Shown here: positions 8,353 through 17,985 of the stretch, in pieces | Layout: the number at the start of each line of letters is the position of its first letter | Position numbering within the stretch: the first letter of the stretch is position 1 | IMG/VR virus record: IMGVR_UViG_3300047470_000212 | Span: 32,001-96,000 of that record | Strand: one strand, 5' to 3' | DNA from: a virus | Length of the DNA: 64,000 nt | The notes under the pieces: generated by a model | What the model saw: the letters and a program-made list of their open reading frames with translations, nothing else | What the model was told of the DNA's origin: nothing | Database searches by the model: none | Translations under genes and position numbers: made by a program

Positions 8353-10311
8353 TCAGGTGGTCACGAGGTCGACGACCTCACACGCCCCTGCGACGCACGC
8401 CAGTTCCTGGGAGCCCACGGTCTGGTCGTAGGTCTCGTAGAAAGCGAGGTCCGACCACTCAACGCGGTGCTCCTCAGTGGCCTGCGCCTCGTACTCCTCC
8501 TTCGTGATCTCCGTGTACGGCGCCTGCACGTACGTGTGATCGCTGTAGGGGAGGAAGGAGACACCACTGATCTCGTCCAGGTGCTCCCAGACCCACTCGC
8601 CGACCTCGGCCCACTCGTGCTCACGGACGCTGATGGTCACCGAAGGCTTGTGCTCACACCAGTGCCGCTGATAGGCCAGCCAGATCTCCAGGTGCTCGAT
8701 CGCGGAGACGTCCTCCCGCACCAGGGCCGTGTCGCTGGCCCGCTGGGGGAAGGTGAACACCCACGCGGAGGAGTTGTAGGCGTCCTCCTCGTGCGGGATC
8801 CCGGCGTCGATCATCACGAACGCGATGGGGTCCTTCTTGTCCACGCGCACACGCCGCTCGTAGAAGCGGGCGTGCTTGGTATGAAGCCCGGACTCGCAGT
8901 CGACCAACTGGGAGACGGTGCCGGAGGGCTTGACGCAGGTGATCGCATCCGAGGACGGGATACCGATGCGCTGGGCCTCGGTCTCGTTGGCGACGCGTGC
9001 CGTCAGGCGAAGGTCGGTCAGCGAGAGGGACGTCAGTCCCATGCCCAGGCTGCCATTGGTGAACTGGTTGCCGAAGACACCGGTGAGGCTGACGCCGAGG
9101 AGTCGCTCCTCCTCCGCGTTCTTGCGCCACTCCTCACGCAGGTACGGGTAGTCCGTCAGCGTGCTCTGCCAGGTGCCGAGGATGGCCGCCAGGCGTACCT
9201 TGCGCTCCAGGTCCTCGACGGTGTCCTCCGGCCGGACGACGACCTCGGACAAGTTGCAGAAACTGAACGGCCGCAAAATGATCTCGCTGCACGGGTTGGT
9301 CCCGTAGTCGGTGTCGGCCGACCGGTGCCCGTACTCAGCGGCCTGACGCTGGGCTGCACCACGGTGGAAGATGCCGCGCTCACCCGAGCCGGACGCGACG
9401 ATCGAGTCCCACTCCTGGTTGAAGTCCTCGTAGCGCATGCCGTCGTAGTAGACCGCACTGTTGTTGGCGAGGGCTCGGTAGGCGTGATCGACCCACCACT
9501 CCCCTGCCTTCGCCTGCGCCATCTCCTGGTCGTCCAGGTCGGACAGGGAGATCATCGCCGAGCGCCGGACGCCACCGACCACAACGACGCTGGCTATCTT
9601 GCACGCCAGGTCGTGGACCTCGATCGGACGGAACTGGCGGCCCTTGGCGCCGTGGAACAGCGCGGTGGTGAAGTTGAACAGGTCGTCGAGCGGACCCGGT
9701 CCGGAGGCTCGCCCTCCGAAGGTATGAAGACGGGCGCCCGCCGGTCGCACCTTGGACAGGTCCCACTGCCGTACTTCACCGGCCCACAGACCCTCCAGCA
9801 GCGAGCGGAAGGCCAGTCCCCAACCTTCCTTGCTGTCCTCGACCACGATCACGTCGGAGGCAGCCACCAGGGCGTCGGGGACGGCGGGGAGTTGGTCGGT
9901 GTACTTCTTCTCGACGCTGTAACCGACGCCAGTGCCGTTCATGAGGATGTAGAGGAGTTCGTCCAGGGCGCGGGCGTCCTGCAACGGCAGGTACGAACAG
10001 TTGAAGCCCGCGATATTCGAGCGGTCCAGGGCAGCACCGGCAGTCATCACCGCGCGCATGGACGGCATGACCTCGTGGGTTAGCACGGCCTGGCGGACGG
10101 CCTCGACGACCTCCGGCTCGGGGGTGTAGTCGTGCTTGTTCTTCAACTGGCCGATCATGAAGCCGACGTAGCGGTCCACGGTCTCGGTCCAGGTCTCGCG
10201 GCGATTCGCGTCCTCCAGCCAGCGGCTGTATCGGCTCTTCGCGATGAAGGAGCGGTAAGGGTCGGCGATGTCGCCGGAAGGGGTGAGCAGGGAGGTCACC
10301 AGGAAATCCAT
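8353..10311 (-). CDS. nrdJ: Class II (B12-dependent) ribonucleotide reductase
   Basis: RRETW.ETV.R, MPSMR, FNC, GTGVG, VVVGGVRRSA, TNPCSEI, FCNLSEV, CVKPSGT, EHKPS.T, C-terminal CxxxxC. Confidence 0.96.
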   Translation of the reverse strand: MDFLVTSLLTPSGDIADPYRSFIAKSRYSRWLEDANRRETWTETVDRYVGFMIGQLKNKHDYTPEPEVVEAVRQAVLTHEVMPSMRAVMTAGAALDRSNIAGFNCSYLPLQDARALDELLYILMNGTGVGYSVEKKYTDQLPAVPDALVAASDVIVVEDSKEGWGLAFRSLLEGLWAGEVRQWDLSKVRPAGARLHTFGGRASGPGPLDDLFNFTTALFHGAKGRQFRPIEVHDLACKIASVVVVGGVRRSAMISLSDLDDQEMAQAKAGEWWVDHAYRALANNSAVYYDGMRYEDFNQEWDSIVASGSGERGIFHRGAAQRQAAEYGHRSADTDYGTNPCSEIILRPFSFCNLSEVVVRPEDTVEDLERKVRLAAILGTWQSTLTDYPYLREEWRKNAEEERLLGVSLTGVFGNQFTNGSLGMGLTSLSLTDLRLTARVANETEAQRIGIPSSDAITCVKPSGTVSQLVDCESGLHTKHARFYERRVRVDKKDPIAFVMIDAGIPHEEDAYNSSAWVFTFPQRASDTALVREDVSAIEHLEIWLAYQRHWCEHKPSVTISVREHEWAEVGEWVWEHLDEISGVSFLPYSDHTYVQAPYTEITKEEYEAQATEEHRVEWSDLAFYETYDQTVGSQELACVAGACEVVDLVTT

Positions 10312-10334
10312 TCGCTTGCGTTCGGTAAGGGGGG

Positions 10335-10787
10335 TCAGACGGTGCCGTCAGCCCGGATGATCGTGCTCGGCTTGTAGTTGCTCCGGCCGCCCGCTCCCCC
10401 GCTGGCCGTCTGCTTGGACGGGGTCGCAGGGCCGTCGCTGGTGCTGCCGGACGGCAGTCCTGCGGTGGTCTGCGTGAAGCGGGGGTTGTAGCCGCACGTG
10501 TAGCACTGGGGCATCGCGTTGGGGTGGCCGACGGGCTTGAAGTACTCGCCGCCCTGGCAGTCGGGGCAGTGGGTGTCCTGCTTGGTGACCATCGCCCTGG
10601 CCGGGGGCTTGCCTTGGGGCTGCTCTGGCACTGTCTGCGGAGCCGGTGCCGGGGTGGGGTAGGGCTGCTGTCCCGATGCCCACCACGGGCCGCTGGACTG
10701 CTGCTGCTGTGGGGCCTGTGCGGCCGGGGCCGGGGCGGCCGGACGTGCAGCCGCCCCTCCCAACTTGTTAGCCCAGAAGTTACTCAC
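10335..10787 (-). CDS. Hypothetical protein with a zinc ribbon
   Basis: CPDC...CYTCGY; GTG at 10787. Confidence 0.7.
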   Translation of the reverse strand: MSNFWANKLGGAAARPAAPAPAAQAPQQQQSSGPWWASGQQPYPTPAPAPQTVPEQPQGKPPARAMVTKQDTHCPDCQGGEYFKPVGHPNAMPQCYTCGYNPRFTQTTAGLPSGSTSDGPATPSKQTASGGAGGRSNYKPSTIIRADGTV

Positions 10788-11250
10788 CGAATTGCACTCC
10801 GTCCGCGTACGTGATGATTCCCATGTCGAGCAGGTTGGCGAGGACTGCCACCATTCCGGCACGCAGTACAGAGGAATGATGCCGCTGTAGAGCGACGGCC
10901 GTTTCCTCGTCCGCTGAAATGCCAGAGTTAACCAGCATAGCCGAGGCAGTAATGCCGGAAACTAGTGGACCGAGGAGGTCCAGCATTTCCTTGAGGGGAA
11001 GGACCTGCGCGAGCCTTTCGTGGCTGGCCCGGTGCTCCATTTCGCTGACGTCCGGGCTCTCCGGGCTCAGTTTCATGAGCGGGATCATCTTCTCCACGTC
11101 CGAGCACGGGATGATGTCCCAGAGCAGGCGCTTGGTGAGCATCTGCGGAGTGAAGAGGTCGACCTGCGGCTCTTCTTCCTCGAAGTCCTCGTAGTCCTCG
11201 TAGTCCTCGTAGTCCCCGAAGTCCCTGTTCTTACGGTTGAAGAATCCCAT
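10780..11250 (-). CDS. Hypothetical phage protein
   Basis: 156 aa; TAATG overlap with the polA stop. Confidence 0.7.
   Translation of the reverse strand: MGFFNRKNRDFGDYEDYEDYEDFEEEEPQVDLFTPQMLTKRLLWDIIPCSDVEKMIPLMKLSPESPDVSEMEHRASHERLAQVLPLKEMLDLLGPLVSGITASAMLVNSGISADEETAVALQRHHSSVLRAGMVAVLANLLDMGIITYADGVQFGE
11187..11213. repeat. 9-bp tandem repeat (CCTCGTAGT)x3 encoding DYE repeats
   Basis: Seen directly in the sequence. Confidence 0.8.
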
Positions 11251-13229
11251 TACTTAGCCTCACTCCAGCGGTCAACGATTTTCACGTCCGACGACAGCGG
11301 CACCTTGAGCAGTTTCTGGATGTCCTCGCCGAGCATGGCTTCCCGAACAAGGTCGGCGGCCTCTTCGGCGCGGTCCTCCGGAGCGAGGACGACGAGTTCG
11401 TCGTGCACCGAAAGGATCAGGCGGATTTCGTTCGGCAGGGAGTTGTTCAGCCGGATCATCGCCAACTTGATCAGGTCGGCTGCGCTTCCCTGGATCAGGC
11501 TGTTGACTGCCTGGCGCTCGGCGCCCATTCGCAGGCCGTTGTTCTGCGAGAGCATGAGCGGCAGGCGACGCTTGCGGCCGAGCAGCGTGCGGATGTACGG
11601 AGGTCGCCGCGACCGGCAGACCTGGATGACCCTTTCCTTGAAGGCGTAGATCTCCGGGAACAACTTCTGGTGCATCTCCATGAAGCGCTTGGCTTCCTTG
11701 ACGGAGATCTTCGCCATGCTGGCGACCTTGTCCGGGCCAGCGCCGTAGACCACGGCAAAGTTGATGCCCTTTGCGACCTGCCGGAAGTCGATACACGTAC
11801 GGTCGCCGCTCTTTACCCGCGCCATGAATTCCTGCGGGTCCACGCCCATAAGCGCGGCAGCGGTGGCCGAGTGAGGGTCGACGCCGTTGTGGAATCCCTT
11901 GTAGAGATCGCCTCGACCGATGAAGTGCGCGAGCACCACGAGTTCGATCTGCCCGTAGTCCGCGACGACCAGTTTGTATCCGGCCGGTGCGACGAACAGG
12001 CCACGGATTCGCTTACCGAGGTCCGTGTCCGGGCGCGGGATGTTCTGGAGGTTGGGTTCCCGGCAGGAGAATCGTCCGGTCACCGTTCCGTACTGGACGA
12101 AGTCGGCGTGGATCCTGCCGTCGAAGATGCGGCACGGCTTCTTCGGGTCGTCCTCGATACCGAGGTAGGACAGCGGGTAGTCGAGCAGCTTGCTGACTTC
12201 CGCGTACTCCAGCAGTTTCTTGACGACCGCGTTGTTCTCGTGCTTCTCCAGGCTGTCGGCGTCGGTGGAGTAGTCCTTCCACTCCAGCTCCTGCCCTGCC
12301 TCGCGCTTCTTCTTTCCGCCGTCGGTCGGCTTGGTGGGGCGCAGGCCCTGGCCGCCGTCCTTCTTGGGGGCGTACAGGACTGCGGCCTTCTGGGCCGGGG
12401 CGTTGAGGTTGAACTGCTGTCCGGCAGCGCGGTAGATGTCGGCCTCGATCTCGACCAGGCGGGCGCTCATGTCGCGCACCAGCTCCTGCATGGCCATCTG
12501 GTCGACAGGTGCTCCGGTGATGCCCATGTCGAGCAGCACGCCGAGGACGTCCTCTTCCAGGCGCCGGACGTTGATCAGGCCCTGGTCGTGGATGCGCTTC
12601 TGGAACTTTTTCCAGAGGAGCCAGGTGTACTTGGCGTCCATGTACGCGTAGTGCGCGACCTTGCCGAAGGGGTGGGCCTCGACGCACTTGCCGACGTTCT
12701 CGGTGTCGTAGTCGACCTTGTAGTACTTCTTGACGAGTTCCTTGAGGCCCTTCTGCTTGAGGTTTTCGTCGAGGAGCCACTGGAGGACGATCGTGTCGCT
12801 GTACTGCGGGGGTGCGATCTCGCCCCAGTACTTCGCCGTGGAGATGAGGTCGAAGGTCGCGTTGTGCGCGATCTTGATCTTGTCCTCGGCGAAGAACAGC
12901 GGCTTGAGGATGGAGAACACCTCGCTCGGGAGCATCTGCTCCGGCGGGGCGTCGTAGACAGCCGGGATGGCGTCGAACTTCCCGGTGATCTTGTTCTTCT
13001 TCTTCGTGGCCTTGCTCAGCAGGACGTCGCCGTTGGGGTGGCCGAACGGGATGGCCACAGCCATGCCGTCGGTGGCAAGGCTCATCCAGTTGGCGACGTT
13101 CTGCGTCGGGACGTTCCGGTTGGGGCCGAAGGTCTCGATGTCGAAGGAGAAGGCCGGGCGCTCCATGAAGCGCTCGACCACGGTATGAAGTCGGTCGGGG
13201 GTGAGGATGACGCTGTTCCTGATGGTCAC
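11250..13229 (-). CDS. polA: DNA polymerase, family A, with 3'-5' exonuclease
   Basis: FDIET, AHNATFD, YAYMDA; TVTGRFS..EPNLQNIP, ADYGQIEL, R..AK.INF..VYG, NSLIQGSAAD, VHDE. Confidence 0.96.
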   Translation of the reverse strand: MTIRNSVILTPDRLHTVVERFMERPAFSFDIETFGPNRNVPTQNVANWMSLATDGMAVAIPFGHPNGDVLLSKATKKKNKITGKFDAIPAVYDAPPEQMLPSEVFSILKPLFFAEDKIKIAHNATFDLISTAKYWGEIAPPQYSDTIVLQWLLDENLKQKGLKELVKKYYKVDYDTENVGKCVEAHPFGKVAHYAYMDAKYTWLLWKKFQKRIHDQGLINVRRLEEDVLGVLLDMGITGAPVDQMAMQELVRDMSARLVEIEADIYRAAGQQFNLNAPAQKAAVLYAPKKDGGQGLRPTKPTDGGKKKREAGQELEWKDYSTDADSLEKHENNAVVKKLLEYAEVSKLLDYPLSYLGIEDDPKKPCRIFDGRIHADFVQYGTVTGRFSCREPNLQNIPRPDTDLGKRIRGLFVAPAGYKLVVADYGQIELVVLAHFIGRGDLYKGFHNGVDPHSATAAALMGVDPQEFMARVKSGDRTCIDFRQVAKGINFAVVYGAGPDKVASMAKISVKEAKRFMEMHQKLFPEIYAFKERVIQVCRSRRPPYIRTLLGRKRRLPLMLSQNNGLRMGAERQAVNSLIQGSAADLIKLAMIRLNNSLPNEIRLILSVHDELVVLAPEDRAEEAADLVREAMLGEDIQKLLKVPLSSDVKIVDRWSEAK

Positions 13230-13264
13230 GTGCGGTACCTCCTGGTGGTGTGGTGGGAAGCTGA

Positions 13265-13302
13265 GGGGGAGGCCCCGGCAGCTAGGTGCCAGAACCTCCC
13301 CC
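13265..13302. terminator. Hairpin between the SSB and polA genes
   Basis: GGGGGAGG...CCTCCCCC with inner GGCA/TGCC. Confidence 0.45.
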
Positions 13303-13312
13303 GGGAGGCTGA

Positions 13313-14122
13313 TCAGTCGTTCAGGATCTCGCGGGCGATCTGCTTGAGTTCGTTCCGCGTGTTGACGTGCAGGACGTCCTCGTCGTAGGCCTTGGAGTCG
13401 AACTCCTCCAGGTCCTCCTCGGTCAGCGGGTCGATGTCCCAGTCGTCGAGGAGGTCCCGCTCCTTGACCGGGGTGATGTAGTACGTGGTCTTGTTGTTCT
13501 TGCTCTGCTTGGAGACGCTGAAGTACAGGTCGTCCCGGTTGATCGGGGCGGTCTTCTTGTCCTTGGAGTAGTTCTTGAGGATGTCGGCGACCATCGGACC
13601 GAACTGCCACACCTTGATGACCGGGTCCTCGGGGTCGGTGAAGTCGACGACGTTGAACGCAATCTGCTGGGACGGCTTGTCACCCGCGTCATCGCACAGC
13701 GGGCAGCGGCTCTCCAGGCACGTCCAGGACCGCTTGCCCTTGCGCTCGATCCAGTGCTGGAGGAAGACCAGGAACGGCTCCTCGTCCAGGATCTTCACCA
13801 CCACGGCCTCGTTGGTGACCTTGAAGTTCTCCGGGAAGCCGGACGTGGCGGACTTGGTCTTCTCGTAGGAACCCCAGCCCTTGCCACCGACCTTCGGCGC
13901 AGGCTCGTTGTCCTCCTCGTCGTCCTCCTCGGAGGCGCGGCGCGAGCGGCGGGAGGCGGGGGCCTCCTCGGTATGAAGCGACTCGCGGCGCGAGCGGCGA
14001 GAGCCCCGGGCCGGGCGCTCGGTCTCCTCCTCGGCGTAGCCGTGCTCCTCCTGCTCGTCGTCGGCGGGGGTGTAGGCCTCGGTCGCGGCAGCGGTACGGC
14101 GGCGGGTCAGAGTGCGGGGCAT
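13313..14122 (-). CDS. gp32-like single-stranded DNA-binding protein
   Basis: QHW...C...CPLC zinc site, FNVVD, acidic tail; located next to polA. Confidence 0.7.
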   Translation of the reverse strand: MPRTLTRRRTAAATEAYTPADDEQEEHGYAEEETERPARGSRRSRRESLHTEEAPASRRSRRASEEDDEEDNEPAPKVGGKGWGSYEKTKSATSGFPENFKVTNEAVVVKILDEEPFLVFLQHWIERKGKRSWTCLESRCPLCDDAGDKPSQQIAFNVVDFTDPEDPVIKVWQFGPMVADILKNYSKDKKTAPINRDDLYFSVSKQSKNNKTTYYITPVKERDLLDDWDIDPLTEEDLEEFDSKAYDEDVLHVNTRNELKQIAREILND

Positions 14123-14361
14123 CAGTTGTTCTCCTGCTGGTAGAGATGGATGTACGACTTGTCCTCGGCTGTGTTCAGCCGGGCCTCTTCGATGTCAGCG
14201 GCCAGCGCGTCGTGGATGTAGTCGACGGCGATCTTGTCGAGGTCCATGGGGGTGCGTGCCTTGGGGAAGTTGTCGGAGTCGATCTCCACGGAGGCGGAGA
14301 ACTCGACCCACTCGAAGTTGCCCATGGACACGTGGTGGCTGGCGCTGCGGGTGATCTTCAC
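14122..14361 (-). CDS. Hypothetical phage protein
   Basis: GTGA and TGATG overlaps; VKITRSASHHVSMGNFEWVEF. Confidence 0.65.
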   Translation of the reverse strand: MKITRSASHHVSMGNFEWVEFSASVEIDSDNFPKARTPMDLDKIAVDYIHDALAADIEEARLNTAEDKSYIHLYQQENN

Positions 14362-14822
14362 TGCTCGGCCAGCCTCTTGAAGAGGTCGATGACGCGGGCG
14401 GTGAACTGGGTGCCCTTGATGGGCTTCTGGTGCGAGACCAGAACGCCCTCCTCGTGCGCGATGCGGACGATGCCCTCGACCTGCTCGCGGGTGTAGAGGC
14501 GGCGACGGCCGCGCGGGTCGTCGTCCTTGCCCGGGGACTGGAAGGTGGACTTGGGAATGACTCCCTCCCTCTCCCACTTGCGGATGGTCACCGGCTGACG
14601 GCTCAGTGCCTTGGCGAGTTGACCGAGGGTGAAGAACTCAGTCTCCACACCGCCCACCGTGTACTTCCGGGGCTTGTGGTCCCAGTCGGCCGCCGACGTG
14701 GCGGCCTTGGTATGAAGCCCGTTGCGGTTGTGGTGGCGGACGATCGGCTTGGTGGACCCGGGGTAGAAGGCTTCCCCGATCTCCGCGAAGTCCTGCTCGA
14801 TGCTGGCGAGTGCAGTGCTCAT
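14358..14822 (-). CDS. MerR-like HTH DNA-binding protein
   Basis: FTLGQLAKAL.RQPVTIRKWEREGVIP...RRLYT..QV. Confidence 0.8.
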   Translation of the reverse strand: MSTALASIEQDFAEIGEAFYPGSTKPIVRHHNRNGLHTKAATSAADWDHKPRKYTVGGVETEFFTLGQLAKALSRQPVTIRKWEREGVIPKSTFQSPGKDDDPRGRRRLYTREQVEGIVRIAHEEGVLVSHQKPIKGTQFTARVIDLFKRLAEQ

Positions 14823-14837
14823 GTGGTGGTGCTCCGA

Positions 14838-15314
14838 TCAGCCGGTGAGCGGCTTGAAGGCGTACGAGATCTTCTCGGTGAACAGGGCGTCCAGTTCCTC
14901 GTCGGAGATGACGCCCTCCTGGTTGAGGACGTACAACTCGTCCTGGTCCAGGACGGTCGTGGTGACCTCCTTGAAGACGCGGTCGCGGATGCCCTTGGCG
15001 TTGACCAGGGTGTCGACGGCGTCCTCGTCCAGGCCGATCGAGGTGCGCTTCTCGCGCTTGATCTCGGTGAAGGTCTGGCCGTTGACCTCCATGGGGGCCG
15101 GGAGTTTCCAGAACTTCGAGCCCTTCTCGTCGACCTCGCCGTTCTCGTCCACGTAGGCGCTGATCTCGTCGCGCAGGTGGTTCTTGCGGGTCACGACCTG
15201 GGTTTCCTGGAACTTCAGGACCAGGAACTGGCGGACCTTCTCGACCGGGTTCTCGGGGTTGAGGCTGATGGGCTTCTCAACGCGGCGGGTGGTGCGCCGG
15301 GGCACGGTAGCCAT
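14838..15314 (-). CDS. Hypothetical phage protein
   Basis: 158 aa; own promoter upstream. Confidence 0.75.
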   Translation of the reverse strand: MATVPRRTTRRVEKPISLNPENPVEKVRQFLVLKFQETQVVTRKNHLRDEISAYVDENGEVDEKGSKFWKLPAPMEVNGQTFTEIKREKRTSIGLDEDAVDTLVNAKGIRDRVFKEVTTTVLDQDELYVLNQEGVISDEELDALFTEKISYAFKPLTG

Positions 15315-15361
15315 AGAGCGGGGCTCTCTTTCTTCCGGGGTAGTTGGTGGATCGAGTAGTG

Positions 15362-15390
15362 ACTCTACACTACGGATTCGATGTTGTCGA
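15362..15390 (-). promoter_or_regulatory. HrdB/sigma70-type promoter
   Basis: TCGACA-17-TAGAGT. Confidence 0.55.
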
Positions 15391-15397
15391 TTCCTAA

Positions 15398-15751
15398 TTA
15401 CGGCTTCTTCGGATCCATTCGAACCGTGCGCCGGGCCGCGTAGGCGCGGGCGTCGTCGTCCAACTGATCCATGCGGACTTCAGTCTCGGCCACGTCCTGG
15501 TAGACGGTGACCACGCGGTGGTCGGCCGGGTCGACGATGGCGACGATGTCCCCTCGTACGTGGCGCCACTGTCCGGGGACGCGGGCCGAGGGGTAGGTAT
15601 GAAGCGGCTTGTCGGCCGCGAGGAGAACATCCTCGCTGGTCCAGCCCTTGGCGGCGGCCTGCTTCTGCGCGTGGTAGGTCAGCCGGTACTCCGGCGACTC
15701 GGTGGCGGGAGCGGTCCAGGTGATGCCCAGAGCTTCGGCGATGGTGGCCAT
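15398..15751 (-). CDS. DUF4258-like protein (RelE/BECR-type RNase fold)
   Basis: YRLT.HA..Q....G.T.EDV....P..Y.....Q.RH..G.I.AIVD....RVVTVY; GGAG RBS. Confidence 0.65.
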   Translation of the reverse strand: MATIAEALGITWTAPATESPEYRLTYHAQKQAAAKGWTSEDVLLAADKPLHTYPSARVPGQWRHVRGDIVAIVDPADHRVVTVYQDVAETEVRMDQLDDDARAYAARRTVRMDPKKP

Positions 15752-15797
15752 CTCGGTCTCCTCTGTTCGAGCCTCTGTTCGAGGCCTTGTGAGGACG

Positions 15798-15827
15798 ACT
15801 CTAAGATCACGCACCACCTCATGTCAA
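15798..15827 (-). promoter_or_regulatory. Consensus HrdB-type promoter
   Basis: TTGACA-18-TAGAGT. Confidence 0.75.
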
Positions 15828-15854
15828 CGACTTTCAGCCAATCGTTTGACAAGT

Positions 15855-15989
15855 TCACCAGCGGTCGGCGACAGCACCGCGCAGAGCCAGGCGGACGGGG
15901 GTCAGATCCCAGTCCTCCCGCTCCTCCGGGGGATAGATGACGTCCTCCAGCCCCTCACGGAGCAGGACATCGAGTGGTTCTTCTCGCAT
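15855..15989 (-). CDS. Small hypothetical protein
   Basis: MREEPLDVLLREGLEDV...; fills the gap, weak support. Confidence 0.35.
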   Translation of the reverse strand: MREEPLDVLLREGLEDVIYPPEEREDWDLTPVRLALRGAVADRW

Positions 15990-16054
15990 AGCTTGATACT
16001 GACATGCGATTACGTCTTTAGAACCACTCGACGTCCTGCGTGAGATCCTGAAAG

Positions 16055-17698
16055 TTATGCCGCTTCCAGGCACTGCGTGAGGCTCACCAGGTCGTTCTCG
16101 ATGCGGCCCTTGTCGTCCGCACCACGGCCGTCAGTGATGGCCGCTCCCACCCTGCGCTTGTGCGCGAGCATGGCGTACTTACGGGGCTCGGTCGTGGCCT
16201 GGGTGATCGCGTTCAGCACGTAGATGTTCTTGAACAGGCTGGACGCCCGGTCGTGCCTCTTGTTGATCTGGTCCTGTTTACCGCTGCTCCAGGCCAGGTC
16301 GTAGTTGATCAGGTAGTTCGCCATCCACAGGTCCGTGCCGAACGCTCCGGCGTGGCTGGACAGGAACACCCGGCAGCCCTCCTCCGTCTCGAACCGGGAG
16401 GCCGCGTACGCCTTGGCCCCGGCACTCATCCGACCCGTGTAGGTGACGGCCACACCCTCCGGCAGCCGGTCGGCCATCAGGTCGAGCATGTCGGGGTTGA
16501 CCGAGAAGACGATGGCCTTGTTGCCAGGCACCGCGAGGATGTCCTCGATCGACTGCACCACGGCATCCAACTTCGGGGTCGCAGTGACGTCGTCCAGGAG
16601 CCCGGACTGCCACACCTCGTAGCAGTACTTCGAGCCCGGCCAGGTCTGCTTCTCCGCCCCGCCCTGCCGCGCCTGCTCGCTCTCCTCATACCGCTGCCCG
16701 GACGCGATGATCAGGTCCGGGTGGTTCAGCAGCATGTCGAGCGCCTGCATGCGAGACATGATCTTGCCCTGCTGGCTGTTCTCGTTCGGTGTCTCACCGC
16801 CGTGGTAGTGGGCGAACAGGTCGAAGTCCGAGGTGTTCGGGCCGAGGGCGTGCAGCTCAGCCAGCAGGTCGGCGGAGATGTGCTTGTACGCCTTGCGGGT
16901 CTTGGCGTCCAGGTTCACCGGGATGGTGCTCTCCTGGACCTTGGGCAGGTACGGCTTGACGTCCTCGTCCATGCGGGTCTTGCGCACCATGGCGTCGGCC
17001 AGTTTGGCGTGCAGGACAGGCAGGTTCTTGTAGTGCTGGACCCCGCCGAACTTGTTCCGCACGATGTAGGTCTTGTCGTACAGGTCGAAGCGTCCCAGCA
17101 CCTCGTCGTCGACCCACTGCATGATGCTGAACAACTCCTCCGGCCGCCCGTTCTCCACCGGGGTGCCGGTCAGTGCGTAGCGGTACGGCGCCGTCAGTCG
17201 CTTGATCTTCCGGGTGCGCTGCGCCTTGAAAGTCTTGATGGCGGTCGCCTCGTCCAGGACGATGCACTCCGGCTTGATCCTCCTGACGAAGTTCCAGTCG
17301 TTGACGACGTTCTCGTAGCCCATGATCACGTAGTCCGGCCGGTACGTCTTCACCTTGACGTACTGACCGGCCCGCTTCTTGGTGTCGCCGTCGATGAGGA
17401 TGCAGTACTCCTCCGTCGGCACGGTGATCTCCTGGGTCTGCCCGTCCTCGCGCACCTTGATGACCCGCGTGGGAACGTCGGTGAGTTTGGCGATCTGTTT
17501 GGCCCACTGGTACTTGAGCGAGGCCGGGACCACGATGACGGCGGTCTCGACCTCGCTCTTCTCGATCAACTCCTCAATGGCGGCCAGGGCGATCGGTGTC
17601 TTGCCCAGGCCCATCTCGTAGGCGATGAGGAGGGAACCGCGCTCGACGGCGCGGTCCACTGCGGACTCCTGGTACGTGTGCAGGTCGATGGTCAGCAC
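16055..17698 (-). CDS. SNF2-family helicase
   Basis: EMGLGKT, VVPASLK.QW, LDEAT, LTGTP.EN, G.DL..A...INYDL.W....DQ...R.DR. Confidence 0.92.
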   Translation of the reverse strand: MLTIDLHTYQESAVDRAVERGSLLIAYEMGLGKTPIALAAIEELIEKSEVETAVIVVPASLKYQWAKQIAKLTDVPTRVIKVREDGQTQEITVPTEEYCILIDGDTKKRAGQYVKVKTYRPDYVIMGYENVVNDWNFVRRIKPECIVLDEATAIKTFKAQRTRKIKRLTAPYRYALTGTPVENGRPEELFSIMQWVDDEVLGRFDLYDKTYIVRNKFGGVQHYKNLPVLHAKLADAMVRKTRMDEDVKPYLPKVQESTIPVNLDAKTRKAYKHISADLLAELHALGPNTSDFDLFAHYHGGETPNENSQQGKIMSRMQALDMLLNHPDLIIASGQRYEESEQARQGGAEKQTWPGSKYCYEVWQSGLLDDVTATPKLDAVVQSIEDILAVPGNKAIVFSVNPDMLDLMADRLPEGVAVTYTGRMSAGAKAYAASRFETEEGCRVFLSSHAGAFGTDLWMANYLINYDLAWSSGKQDQINKRHDRASSLFKNIYVLNAITQATTEPRKYAMLAHKRRVGAAITDGRGADDKGRIENDLVSLTQCLEAA

Positions 17699-17985
17699 TG
17701 GGAGTACTGCCGATCGAACTGCCTGCTGGTGCGCGGGCGCCGGGCGAAGGGGACGCCGGGGGTGTAGTGCCCCTCCTGGATGTGGTCCGGGTTGGCGCAC
17801 ATCCGTCGCGTGCACGCGCGGTGCTTCTGGCTGCCGCCTCCGGTGATGAAGGACAGCAGGCTCTGGCCCTTGTAGGTGGGCCGGGTCGCGGTGGACTGGA
17901 AGATCAGGCAGTCGGTGTCCGGGTCCGGCTGGACGCGGTCCCAGAAGGCCTGTCCCAGGTGTTCGTAGCCATCAGGCGGAAGCAT
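17692..17985 (-). CDS. Degenerate HNH-like protein
   Basis: FW.RV......CLI...HRAC.RR.CANPDHI. Confidence 0.55.
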   Translation of the reverse strand: MLPPDGYEHLGQAFWDRVQPDPDTDCLIFQSTATRPTYKGQSLLSFITGGGSQKHRACTRRMCANPDHIQEGHYTPGVPFARRPRTSRQFDRQYSQC

